Source of the DNA: Candidatus Zixiibacteriota bacterium
GTDB taxonomy: Bacteria; Zixibacteria; MSB-5A5; GN15; FEB-12
Reading direction: 5' to 3'
Assembly: GCA_024280215.1 (NCBI GenBank)
Contig: JAJRQO010000021.1
Location: forward strand, 27,827-91,826
Length of the DNA: 64,000 bases
Position numbers and translations under genes: made by a program. Position 1 is the stretch's first letter; each line of letters starts with the position of its first letter. Under the pieces are notes generated by a model that did no database searches, was not told the origin of the DNA, and was given only the letters and a program-made list of their open reading frames with translations. Below, one piece after another: positions 36,660-45,328 of this stretch.

Positions 36660-37913
36660 TTAGTCTTTCATAGAAGCTAAGAAACGCTTATTATTTTTTG
36701 TTTTCTTAACTCTATCTTGTAAGAACTCCATCGCCTCTATCGGATTCATTTCAGCTAAGAATTTTCGTAAAATCCAGATTTTACTAAGGGTTTCCTCTTC
36801 TAAGAGCAATTCTTCTTTACGAGTCGAAGAACGGTTGATATCAATTGCTGGATACACTCGTCTATCGGCTAAGCGACGGTCTAAAACAAGCTCCATATTA
36901 CCAGTACCTTTGAACTCTTCAAAAATCACTTCGTCCATACGTGAACCAGTTTCAATAAGAGCAGTTGCTATAATTGTCAAAGAGCCACCCTCTTCAATAT
37001 TACGAGCAGCACCAAAGAAACGTTTTGGTTTATGTAATGCGTTAGAATCAACACCTCCAGATAGAATCTTTCCAGAATGAGGAACGACCGAGTTATGAGC
37101 TCGAGCCAAACGAGTAATTGAATCAAGCAAAATCACAACATCTTTGCCACGTTCAGTCAAACGTTTTGATTTCTCTAATACCATATTGGCAACTTGCACA
37201 TGTCGTTCAGCGGGTTCATCAAATGTCGATGAAACCACTTCACCATTTACAGAGCGCTTCATATCGGTCACTTCTTCAGGACGTTCATCGATAAGAAGTA
37301 CAATCATAATTACTTCAGGATGATTAGTTGTAATCGCCTGTGCTATTTTTTGAAGCACGATAGTTTTACCTGCTTTAGGAGGAGAAGTAATCAAGGCTCT
37401 CTGCCCTTTTCCAATTGGGCTCATTAAGTCAATAATACGAGTAGTCAATTCTTCAGAATTTGTCTCCAAAACAAACATATCATCTGGGTATAGTGGAGTC
37501 AGATTATCAAACATCGTTTTATGCTTAGATGCATTGGGATGGTCATAGGTAACCGCTTCAATTTTCAATAAAGCAAAATAACGTTCATTATCTTTTGGAG
37601 GTCGTACTTGTCCAGAGATAATATCACCTGTCTTTAAATCGAACCGTTTAATTTGTGATGGGGAGACATAGATATCATCTTGACCAGGTAAATAGTTGTA
37701 TCCTGGGGAACGCAAAAATCCGTATCCCTCTTCTAAAATCTCTAAAACTCCTTCTGCCAAAATCACTGATTCACCTGCAGAAGATTGTTCCATAATTTTA
37801 TAAATCAATTCCGATTTGCGTAATCCAGAGACACCAGGGATATCCATACCCTCGGCAATTTTTAGCAAATCAGCAATTGTTTTAGTCTTTAAATCAGCTA
37901 ACTCAGCAGCCAT
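36660..37913 (-). CDS. rho: Transcription termination factor Rho
   Basis: 417 aa. Rho N-terminal domain, RNA-binding OB fold, and Walker A PPKAGKT. Confidence 0.95.
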   Translation of the reverse strand: MAAELADLKTKTIADLLKIAEGMDIPGVSGLRKSELIYKIMEQSSAGESVILAEGVLEILEEGYGFLRSPGYNYLPGQDDIYVSPSQIKRFDLKTGDIISGQVRPPKDNERYFALLKIEAVTYDHPNASKHKTMFDNLTPLYPDDMFVLETNSEELTTRIIDLMSPIGKGQRALITSPPKAGKTIVLQKIAQAITTNHPEVIMIVLLIDERPEEVTDMKRSVNGEVVSSTFDEPAERHVQVANMVLEKSKRLTERGKDVVILLDSITRLARAHNSVVPHSGKILSGGVDSNALHKPKRFFGAARNIEEGGSLTIIATALIETGSRMDEVIFEEFKGTGNMELVLDRRLADRRVYPAIDINRSSTRKEELLLEEETLSKIWILRKFLAEMNPIEAMEFLQDRVKKTKNNKRFLASMKD

Positions 37914-37943
37914 TTCTTATCCTTTATATTCATTTGTAAAATA

Positions 37944-38297
37944 TTATTCATCTTTTAATTCTTCAACTGGGGCATCACCCCATAATTTTTCTAATGCATA
38001 AAATGAGCGTACTGGCTCTTTGAAAATATGAACCACAACGTCAACATAATCGAGTAAAACCCAACTTCCCGTATCCATCCCTTCACGATGATAAGGCTTC
38101 ATACCATCATCAAGTAACTCATCATAAATCGCGTTGCTAATCGCTTTGACATGCACATCGGCATCACCAGAGACAATGACAAAATAATCACAAATTGATG
38201 AAATCTCATCCATCTTGAGTATTTTGACATCAAAACCTCTTTTTCCCAACGCTATTTGCCCTGCTTTACGGGCTGTTTCTAATGCTAATTTTGCCAC
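37944..38297 (-). CDS. rsfS: Ribosomal silencing factor RsfS (iojap-like)
   Basis: 117 aa. DYFVIVSG ... WVLLDY..VVVHIF ... YALEKLW. Confidence 0.9.
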   Translation of the reverse strand: MAKLALETARKAGQIALGKRGFDVKILKMDEISSICDYFVIVSGDADVHVKAISNAIYDELLDDGMKPYHREGMDTGSWVLLDYVDVVVHIFKEPVRSFYALEKLWGDAPVEELKDE

Positions 38298-38304
38298 AAT
38301 ATTT

Positions 38305-38790
38305 TTACTCTAACTCCTTTGATTGTACAAGTAGTGTTTCGATAACAGAGTCTTTTCCAATTACAATTGTTGCATTGAGATGATTTTTATTCTGCTTTAA
38401 CTCACTATATTGTATTTTTTCGCTATCTATATGTAAGATCTCAGCTAACTCTTTTATAGCATGAGAATCTTTTATTCTACTAATTATAAATGTTTCCTTA
38501 GAGGGTTGCATTGTAAATCGTGTTAGTTTTACAATATCGATTTCCATATCAGGCAATTCTAATGACTTTAAATATACCGAAAGGCTTTCTTCTGTATTAT
38601 TCTCTGCTCCAGCATTCAATATTTCTATTCGTAAATTATAAGTCGGTCCAGTCGTTTCTTTAGCTATACCTTGAGTGAGCTGAACTGAAAATGAGACAAT
38701 AAATATCAAGACAATAATCGCAGTAGCAATTAAACAGAATTCAAAGAATCGCCTCATGTGAGGTTTTTTAGTATGTTTTTTTTTGGACAC
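38305..38790 (-). CDS. Membrane-anchored hypothetical protein (possible LytR_C-like domain)
   Basis: 161 aa. A basic N-terminus, one TM helix, then a soluble domain. An A9 tract lies in codons 3-5. The family assignment is weak. Confidence 0.55.
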   Translation of the reverse strand: MSKKKHTKKPHMRRFFEFCLIATAIIVLIFIVSFSVQLTQGIAKETTGPTYNLRIEILNAGAENNTEESLSVYLKSLELPDMEIDIVKLTRFTMQPSKETFIISRIKDSHAIKELAEILHIDSEKIQYSELKQNKNHLNATIVIGKDSVIETLLVQSKELE

Positions 38791-38887
38791 CAGTTTTAAC
38801 TTAATTTATTTTTTTGTTTGGAAATTTTTTCAAAGTGAAATTATGCGGGAGGGATTAAATATTTTTCTTCTTTCTAACAGTCCTTTC

Positions 38888-39367
38888 TTATCGACGCAGA
38901 AATGAATCATGTAAACGGCTACCAGGAGAATAATATGGAGTGCCGTATAAGTTATTACCTTTATATGATTGCATACTAATAGATACTTTAAAATTTTCAG
39001 ATGGATGATAGTCTAACATAAAGCTCGGTAAAATATCAGTCTTATTATTTGCATCGCCCCACATAGCGGTTGGGTCATGAGCAACGCCAACATTTAAGGC
39101 GAGAGACAATTTCGATGAAATTTCATAGAACATTGATGTATTCCAGATGCCTAATGAATTTGAACTTGTTCCACCAGAAAAATAATTAACAGAGTAACTA
39201 TGTGACCATTTTATCCGTGAAAAATCTAACAATGAAAATGGAGTTGCTGCAGGTTTCAATACATGAGAAGGGGAGTTTTGAACTCTATCAATAGATGCAT
39301 TTTCTACAAGCTGTGCTTGTGTTGTCACAGCAGATAAAAATAAAATCATAATTAGAATTTTTTTCAT
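38888..39367 (-). CDS. Small secreted/outer-membrane protein, unknown function
   Basis: 159 aa. Signal peptide MKKILIMILFLSAVTTQAQ and an alternating beta-strand-like pattern. Confidence 0.6.
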   Translation of the reverse strand: MKKILIMILFLSAVTTQAQLVENASIDRVQNSPSHVLKPAATPFSLLDFSRIKWSHSYSVNYFSGGTSSNSLGIWNTSMFYEISSKLSLALNVGVAHDPTAMWGDANNKTDILPSFMLDYHPSENFKVSISMQSYKGNNLYGTPYYSPGSRLHDSFLRR

Positions 39368-39540
39368 AATTTGAATACCCTTTAACTCATTAAACCTTAT
39401 GGAAGACTCAAAGTCTTCTCTTTAAATGTAGTCGTTTTCAACAACAAGGTCAATAAAAAACCTCTAATTCTTTTATCGACCGAACTTATTCATTCTTTTA
39501 TACTTATAACGTTTAAAACGACCAAAAAGATTAATAAAAA

Positions 39541-40278
39541 TTACATTCTATCTTTAAATTTTTCTGATAAATAAGCTAATTGCTCAACAGAATTGATACC
39601 CTCGCCCTCATCTGGGTCATCAGCGACCACAATCGAGACAGGCATATCATTGTCGTACATAACTTTAACACAATCAGTCAGATAATACTCACCTTGAGAA
39701 TTATCCGTTCCGATCTTTGTGAGCGATTCAAAAAGAACAGAATTTTCAAAACAAAATGTCCCTGTATTGATCTCTGTCACTTTGAGTTGCTCTTCGGTGG
39801 CATCTTTTGCTTCAACTATTTCCTGCAAATTCGACGTCCCCGTTTCACGTATAATCCGCCCATACCCTTTTGGCTCTTCAATAATTGCTGACAAACAAGA
39901 TGCCTTAGCATCGGTCTGTTCTAATACATCGATCAATCGTTGGATTGTCCCCGAACTCAAAAATGGTACATCACCTAATGCAATTAGCGTGTTTCCATCA
40001 AAATCAGCCAGTGCATCTTTTGCCATCATAACCGCATGACCAGTTCCATTCTGCTCATGTTGCCAGACAAATTCAACTGGGTACGATGCTAATGATTGTT
40101 CGACCATTTCCCCTTTGAATCCGATAACGACTATAATTTTATCAAAATGAAGTTTTTGAAGTGTCTCAACTACATACTGAATCATCGGCTTACCCTTGAT
40201 TTCGTGCAAAACCTTTGGTAAATCCGATTTCATACGAGTGCCTTTTCCAGCAGCTAAAATGACTGCGGCTTTTTTCAT
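39541..40278 (-). CDS. GlmU-like sugar-1-phosphate uridylyltransferase, N-terminal domain only
   Basis: 245 aa. AAVILAAGKGTRMKSDLPKVLH matches the GlmU N-terminus. The protein ends at the inter-domain linker and has no hexapeptide-repeat acetyltransferase domain. Confidence 0.75.
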   Translation of the reverse strand: MKKAAVILAAGKGTRMKSDLPKVLHEIKGKPMIQYVVETLQKLHFDKIIVVIGFKGEMVEQSLASYPVEFVWQHEQNGTGHAVMMAKDALADFDGNTLIALGDVPFLSSGTIQRLIDVLEQTDAKASCLSAIIEEPKGYGRIIRETGTSNLQEIVEAKDATEEQLKVTEINTGTFCFENSVLFESLTKIGTDNSQGEYYLTDCVKVMYDNDMPVSIVVADDPDEGEGINSVEQLAYLSEKFKDRM

Positions 40279-40305
40279 ACTAAAAATCCCCTGTCTATTT
40301 ATATT

Positions 40306-40659
40306 TTATAATGAAATTTCTTTATTGTCGGCGTCAACATGCACAAATGATGGCTTGAAACCTTCAAGTTCATCTGTGTGAAATTGACCATACGAGATAA
40401 TAATAATCAAATCGCCTTTACATCCCTTACGAGCAGCAGCACCATTAAGGGCAATCGTACCTGAACCAGCGGGTGCTTCAATCACATATGTTTCCAACCG
40501 TTCGCCATTATTGATATTGACAATAGCGACTTTTTCAAACTCAACCAAATTGGCTGCTTCCATCAAAGACTTATCAATAGATACCGAACCGACATAATTA
40601 AGGTCAGCATCGGTAATTGTACAGCGATGTATTTTTGATTTACAGACAGTTATTAACAT
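40306..40659 (-). CDS. panD: Aspartate 1-decarboxylase
   Basis: 117 aa. KSKIHRCTITDADLNYVGSVSID contains the Gly-Ser self-processing site. Confidence 0.95.
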   Translation of the reverse strand: MLITVCKSKIHRCTITDADLNYVGSVSIDKSLMEAANLVEFEKVAIVNINNGERLETYVIEAPAGSGTIALNGAAARKGCKGDLIIIISYGQFHTDELEGFKPSFVHVDADNKEISL

Positions 40660-40820
40660 AATTTCAATCTCATATTTTCTTTATTCAGCGGTGAATATAG
40701 TCAAATCTTCTCAAATGGCAAGTTGAATAATCATCATTATCTTTTTTTCTTCTTCTACTTATAACCATTTATTGCTCAAAATGTTGCAGAAAATCGGGAT
40801 TTTATCGTACACGTTAGGTT

Positions 40821-40854
40821 GGGTCCTGATTTCGCTTCAGCGAAATTGTGACCC
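40821..40854. repeat. Nested hairpin GGGTC-ctg-ATTTCGC-ttca-GCGAAAT-tgt-GACCC
   Basis: Read directly. Lies just downstream of the NUDIX gene stop. No U-tract on either strand. Confidence 0.5.
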
Positions 40855-40862
40855 GACCATCA

Positions 40863-41342
40863 TTAGGCTTTTATCTGAACCCAGTTGCGAGCAGGAAATA
40901 TCTCAAGCTCCTCAGAAATATTATCAAGTGCTGTCGAAAGGTTTTTCCAACTGACCCGATGTTTTGCCTTAGAAACCGATAGCCACCGAAACTCAGAATT
41001 CTCATCTGATAACACAACCTTGGCATCATCTTCTACCACGGCAATAATCAGCGGAAGTATCCAAATCGAGTCATATTCAGGTTCATAAAATTGAATAAGA
41101 TGTTCGGTCGCCCAAAGCGATTTTGCCGTTAATTGTGTCTCTTCATTTAATTCACGCACCGCAACCTGTGCAACCGTTTCTTCCCCTTGTTTACCACCCG
41201 TCATAAATCCCCAAAAGCCACCGTATGATTCTTTTTCAGCTCTTTTGAGAATCAAGTATTGCCAACCATCGTAAGTTTTTTTGACGACGAGAACATTAAC
41301 CCCTGGAGATTCTATTTTAATATGTGTCGACTTTGCATTCAT
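40863..41342 (-). CDS. NUDIX hydrolase
   Basis: 159 aa. Nudix box GGKQGEETVAQVAVRELNEETQL. Confidence 0.85.
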   Translation of the reverse strand: MNAKSTHIKIESPGVNVLVVKKTYDGWQYLILKRAEKESYGGFWGFMTGGKQGEETVAQVAVRELNEETQLTAKSLWATEHLIQFYEPEYDSIWILPLIIAVVEDDAKVVLSDENSEFRWLSVSKAKHRVSWKNLSTALDNISEELEIFPARNWVQIKA

Positions 41343-41429
41343 TTAATAATCCTAAAAATCTTTCTATTATCTTTACGGTGGATATGTAACAAAAGATTGA
41401 AAAAAGTCAATATATATTTATTGTAATAG

Positions 41430-41760
41430 AATCCTTGTAGGTCGGTGTTCCGATTCAAAAGAATATAATTGCGAGAAACCCGACAACTTTTGAATATATC
41501 TTACTTCTCCCCGAACTCCTCTCCGCCAAAGGCGGAGTCCAGTCTCTTATAATAAGTCATACTGAGCTTGTCGAAGTATGCTCCAACCACCAGTCATTGC
41601 GAGGCAACTTGTTGCCGTGGCAATCTCATCTTTGTCATACCTGTCATCCCAGCGTAGGATGGGAACGAGTCTTTTCATAATTGTAAAAGACCCGACATCT
41701 TTTGCATATACCATTCCCTCTCCCGTACTCCTTTCCTGCGGAGGCAGGAATCCAGACTTT
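41430..41760. repeat. Array of different short hairpin repeats (left flank of the membrane-protein gene)
   Basis: Includes a family 1 half-copy (41556-41585), the family 2 hairpin gtcattgcgaggcaacttgttgccgtggcaatctc (41593-41627), gtcatcccagcgtaggatgggaac, and the family 3 hairpin ctttcctgcggaggcaggaatccag (41731-41755). The track ORF 41547-41858 is an artefact of these repeats. Confidence 0.85.
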
Positions 41761-41944
41761 TTATAGTTGACAATCAATTCAATATATTCGTTTATAAAAT
41801 ATAAGATTATATTTAATAATGGAGAGGAACTACTCGGGGCACCTGTGTAATAAGTCAAATAGGGGAAAGTAAATTGATTTTAGTATAACATTTTCGTATC
41901 GTTATATAGAGTTTTACGAAACTTCAACTCTTATTGGAGCATAT

Positions 41945-42847
41945 ATGATTGAAACATTGTTTATTATATCAAATATAATATTTTTCTTTAGTATTCTAAA
42001 GATAGAATTTTCAAAGATACTTTATTATCAACTACTAATTTTTGTTTGGTCGATATTAAATATCGGAGGGTTATATCTTTCAATTAATGCTATAGATGCC
42101 TCAAATCCATTTATATTGTTCTATTCTATTAAACTGCCATTATATGGATGTATCCTTTTTGTAATTGCAATATTCGTTTTGGGTTCTATAAATAAACACA
42201 AAATATTACGACTATTGAGTGTTTATTTTATAGTTGGAGGGTTTATGCTCTTAAGATATTTGCCCGGCATGGGCTCCCTTGTAGAACAAGACGTTGAACC
42301 TCTATTAAGTATTCCTTATATGTTTTCATTAGTAATTCCATTTATAATATGTCTCTTAGTACCTATGGGATTTACTAATATACTACAATTAGGTTACTTT
42401 AAAAAAAAATTCCTACCAAAAATTAAAACAGCGAATGGCAATATAAAATATATTGTCATTTGTGCCTTGTTGTATTTTACTATTCATATTTTCTTTAACT
42501 ACTTAAAAGAAGATTTTTTGATATATTTCAATTATAATCAATCAATTTTAAAGCAATTTATGCATGTTTCGCTAATTACATTTTATCTTATTGTTTTAGA
42601 TCATTTTGTGTTTATAGGACTAGCAAAATATATTATGGACGAAATATTTGAAGGAGATGATACAACTTACTATGAAATAATATTATATGCATTTATATAT
42701 GTGGGATTCCATTTTGCTGATTATAATGCCTATGCAATTATTGAAACATTTTTGTTTGCTCTAATTTATGGGTATCTTTACTTAAAAACTAAAACTTTGT
42801 TTTATGGAATTATTTTAGCTTCACTTACTTTGATATTTTTTGGTTAA
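41945..42847 (+). CDS. Polytopic membrane protein, unknown family (weak CPBP/Abi-like resemblance)
   Basis: 300 aa, about 8 hydrophobic helices, very AT-rich. It is the only plus-strand gene between 35236 and 53561. The C-terminal region (DEIFEG ... GFHF) only loosely recalls CPBP motifs. Contains an A9 tract at 42400-42408. Confidence 0.6.
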   Translation: MIETLFIISNIIFFFSILKIEFSKILYYQLLIFVWSILNIGGLYLSINAIDASNPFILFYSIKLPLYGCILFVIAIFVLGSINKHKILRLLSVYFIVGGFMLLRYLPGMGSLVEQDVEPLLSIPYMFSLVIPFIICLLVPMGFTNILQLGYFKKKFLPKIKTANGNIKYIVICALLYFTIHIFFNYLKEDFLIYFNYNQSILKQFMHVSLITFYLIVLDHFVFIGLAKYIMDEIFEGDDTTYYEIILYAFIYVGFHFADYNAYAIIETFLFALIYGYLYLKTKTLFYGIILASLTLIFFG

Positions 42848-42897
42848 TAATTTATTTTTTTACTAATTATATTCATATTAAACTTTTAAAAAATTAT

Positions 42898-43257
42898 TGT
42901 GGACGACAGATGTCCTCGTCTGCCCAACACACATTCACTACAACTCCTCACCACTTTCAAATCACACCTGCACCAATATGAACCCGATTATTTTCACAAT
43001 ACTAAGACCACAATTCCCCGAGACAGGACACCTATATCTGTCTCTTGGAGTGGAGGAAGTAAAAATAAAACCACGTTAATGACCGAAACAAACCAATTTT
43101 GCTATAACACAAAGCATGCTATATGATTACAACAAAAAATTGCTTTCTTACTGGATTCCTGCTTTCGCAGGAAAGGAGTTCGGAAGGTTGTGTTTGTTTA
43201 AAAGATGAGATTGCCACGACAACAAGTCACAATGAGACAAGTTGTCTCGCAATGACA
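42898..43257. repeat. Array of short hairpin repeats (right flank of the membrane-protein gene)
   Basis: Includes gagacag..ctgtctc (43019-43043), family 3 ctggattcctgctttcgcaggaaag (43151-43175) and family 2 in reverse orientation (43207-43255). The order and orientation mirror the left array. Confidence 0.85.
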
Positions 43258-43261
43258 GAAC

Positions 43262-44107
43262 CTACATCAATTTCGCATTGTCAATAAGGCGGACATTATG
43301 GAGCCTGACCGCAAGCGAACAGATTGTATTTTTCTTGATAATTTTAGTAGGAGCAAGAGTTTCAAAATCTGTAAATGCAATGTAATCAATCTTGGCAGTT
43401 TTGCATGTCGCCTTAATAACAGTTTTCATCTCTTTTTTTATTAGCTTACAATCTTTGATATTTTCTTTGACCATCTGCTTCGCTTTTTTTAAAGCATGAG
43501 ACAAACAGAGTGCTTCGATTCGTTGTGATGCGTCGAAATATTTATTACGTGAAGACATCGCCAAGCCATCTTTTTCTCGAACAGTCGGAGCTATAAGATA
43601 TTTGATAGGATAGTTCAAATCAGTCGTCATTTTTTTAAGCACCATCGCCTGTTGGAAATCTTTCATTCCAAAAACGACCACGTCAGGACGGGTTATATTA
43701 AAAAGTTTTGCAACAATAGTTGTAACACCCCTAAAATGCAAAGGGCGAGATTTTCCCTCAAGCGTTTGTGTTAGCGACTCAACATTGACGTATGTTTCAT
43801 AACCATCGGGATATATATCTTCAGGCTTCGGTACAAAGACAATCGTCCCACCCGCATCTTTAATTTTTCGAATATCCCCTTTCTCATCACGAGGATACTT
43901 TGACAGATCTTCCCCTTCGGCAAACTGGGTCGGATTGACAAAAATCGTCGTAATGACAACATTTGATTTTTTCAAGGTAGTCTTAATCAGCGAAAGATGC
44001 CCGTCATGCAAAAACCCCATAGTCGGAACCAGTCCGATAGTGAGACCATCAGCGACAAGCTGTCGAGAAAGCGATTGCATTTTTTTTATAGAGCGGATTA
44101 TTTTCAT
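43262..44107 (-). CDS. panC: Pantoate--beta-alanine ligase
   Basis: 281 aa. GLVPTMGFLHDGHLSLI HIGH-type motif. Confidence 0.95.
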   Translation of the reverse strand: MKIIRSIKKMQSLSRQLVADGLTIGLVPTMGFLHDGHLSLIKTTLKKSNVVITTIFVNPTQFAEGEDLSKYPRDEKGDIRKIKDAGGTIVFVPKPEDIYPDGYETYVNVESLTQTLEGKSRPLHFRGVTTIVAKLFNITRPDVVVFGMKDFQQAMVLKKMTTDLNYPIKYLIAPTVREKDGLAMSSRNKYFDASQRIEALCLSHALKKAKQMVKENIKDCKLIKKEMKTVIKATCKTAKIDYIAFTDFETLAPTKIIKKNTICSLAVRLHNVRLIDNAKLM

Positions 44108-44134
44108 GTGGTAATTGAATTTCCTAAATTAATT

Positions 44135-44166
44135 GGAGCATACTTCGACAAGCTCAGCATGACTGG
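44135..44166 (-). repeat. Hairpin repeat, family 1, half-copy (reverse orientation)
   Basis: The reverse complement ccagtcatgctgagcttgtcgaagtatgctcc matches 41556-41585. Confidence 0.8.
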
Positions 44167-44168
44167 TT

Positions 44169-45251
44169 TCAATCTTCTTGTGGTTCTTCATCTTCGATTT
44201 TGTAGCCGTCTTTGATATAGCGAATAACGGCATAACCTCTCGCCTGCCCAACAGCTATAATCGTCAGAAAATATCCGATTATCGAAGCAAAGATGACAAA
44301 AATCATAAATGCCATCAAATATTCAGGCATCGTATGAGATGAATACTTGGCATATTTGGTGAGGGAAAAAGAAAAATCTACTGATGGGAAAAGTTGGAAG
44401 GTATGAAATGTTACATCTGATTTTAATGGCAACAACGACAACGATTTTTTTATCATCGTTTTCACCTCTTCACCACCGCTTAAAGATGTACTCCATGCGA
44501 TAAACTGCACCGAACGGTAACAGACATAGGCATAGACAAACGATGAAACTTTCCCGGTAACTAATGCCAATAACGTATAGCCACCCCACCGAAATGGTTG
44601 CCGTATAATAGTCGCAAATGTTTCCAGTATAGATTGGAAGGCTTCACCCTTTTTCTCAGCAGCAGTAACTGTCGGAAGCAAAATGATAGAGATAAGAAAA
44701 ACCACAATAATAAAAAGTGTCAGAATTGCGATTAAGAAATTTGGAATCACAAAAAGAAGTGCGTAAATCCATTCACCGATATATGGTATTCTCGCCACCA
44801 AACCAATCAGAGTAAATAGGAGTATTATAAATCCAATAAAACTAATAATCCCAAGCTCGGCTAACAGAATTTGTTTAAATCGTCTGAATCCTTTTCTAAT
44901 GGCATGATGTGGTTTCATGAATTTATTCCCACGAATCGCTTCGATTTCTAAAATCGAAACCGCATAAAAACCGAGCATCAACATAAGTAGTGAAATTATC
45001 GCACCGACAACAAAAACAATTTGCGCTACAATGCTCGCAAAGAATAATTTATAGAATGGGAAAAATGTATAGACCGAAAAAATCGTTTTTATTTTCTCTC
45101 CATTGATAGAAAATGTAGCATAGGTAAAAATATTATAAAGAGCTAATGACAATAACAGAAAAAATGTCATGACCAATATTTTTTTAGCAGACAACGCTTC
45201 AATAGGTGCTTTGAAAACATCTACGAAATTATAATGTAATTTTCTTTCCAT
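44169..45251 (-). CDS. Polytopic membrane protein, unknown function
   Basis: 360 aa, about 8 hydrophobic helices, and an acidic C-terminal tail. Confidence 0.6.
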   Translation of the reverse strand: MERKLHYNFVDVFKAPIEALSAKKILVMTFFLLLSLALYNIFTYATFSINGEKIKTIFSVYTFFPFYKLFFASIVAQIVFVVGAIISLLMLMLGFYAVSILEIEAIRGNKFMKPHHAIRKGFRRFKQILLAELGIISFIGFIILLFTLIGLVARIPYIGEWIYALLFVIPNFLIAILTLFIIVVFLISIILLPTVTAAEKKGEAFQSILETFATIIRQPFRWGGYTLLALVTGKVSSFVYAYVCYRSVQFIAWSTSLSGGEEVKTMIKKSLSLLPLKSDVTFHTFQLFPSVDFSFSLTKYAKYSSHTMPEYLMAFMIFVIFASIIGYFLTIIAVGQARGYAVIRYIKDGYKIEDEEPQED

Positions 45252-45328
45252 ATTTTCAATCTCTCTTTTTGGCTTCCTAAAGTCAAGTTAAAGATACAGC
45301 TCTTATACAGGGGAATTTGCTTTTGGTT

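Noticed and set aside
41547-41858. 103-aa track ORF (ending ...SILRQAQYDLL), and the ORFs at 41578-41766, 42897-43126 and 43997-44215
   Set aside because: They are composed almost entirely of the short hairpin repeats read in an arbitrary frame. They have no start context, and the same repeats occur in both orientations.
42400-42408. A9 tract in the AT-rich membrane-protein gene, and A9 at 38776-38784 near the start of the 161-aa gene, as phase-variation switches
   Set aside because: Homopolymers of this length are expected by chance at this base composition. There is no supporting evidence, such as read heterogeneity or alternative frames with meaning.
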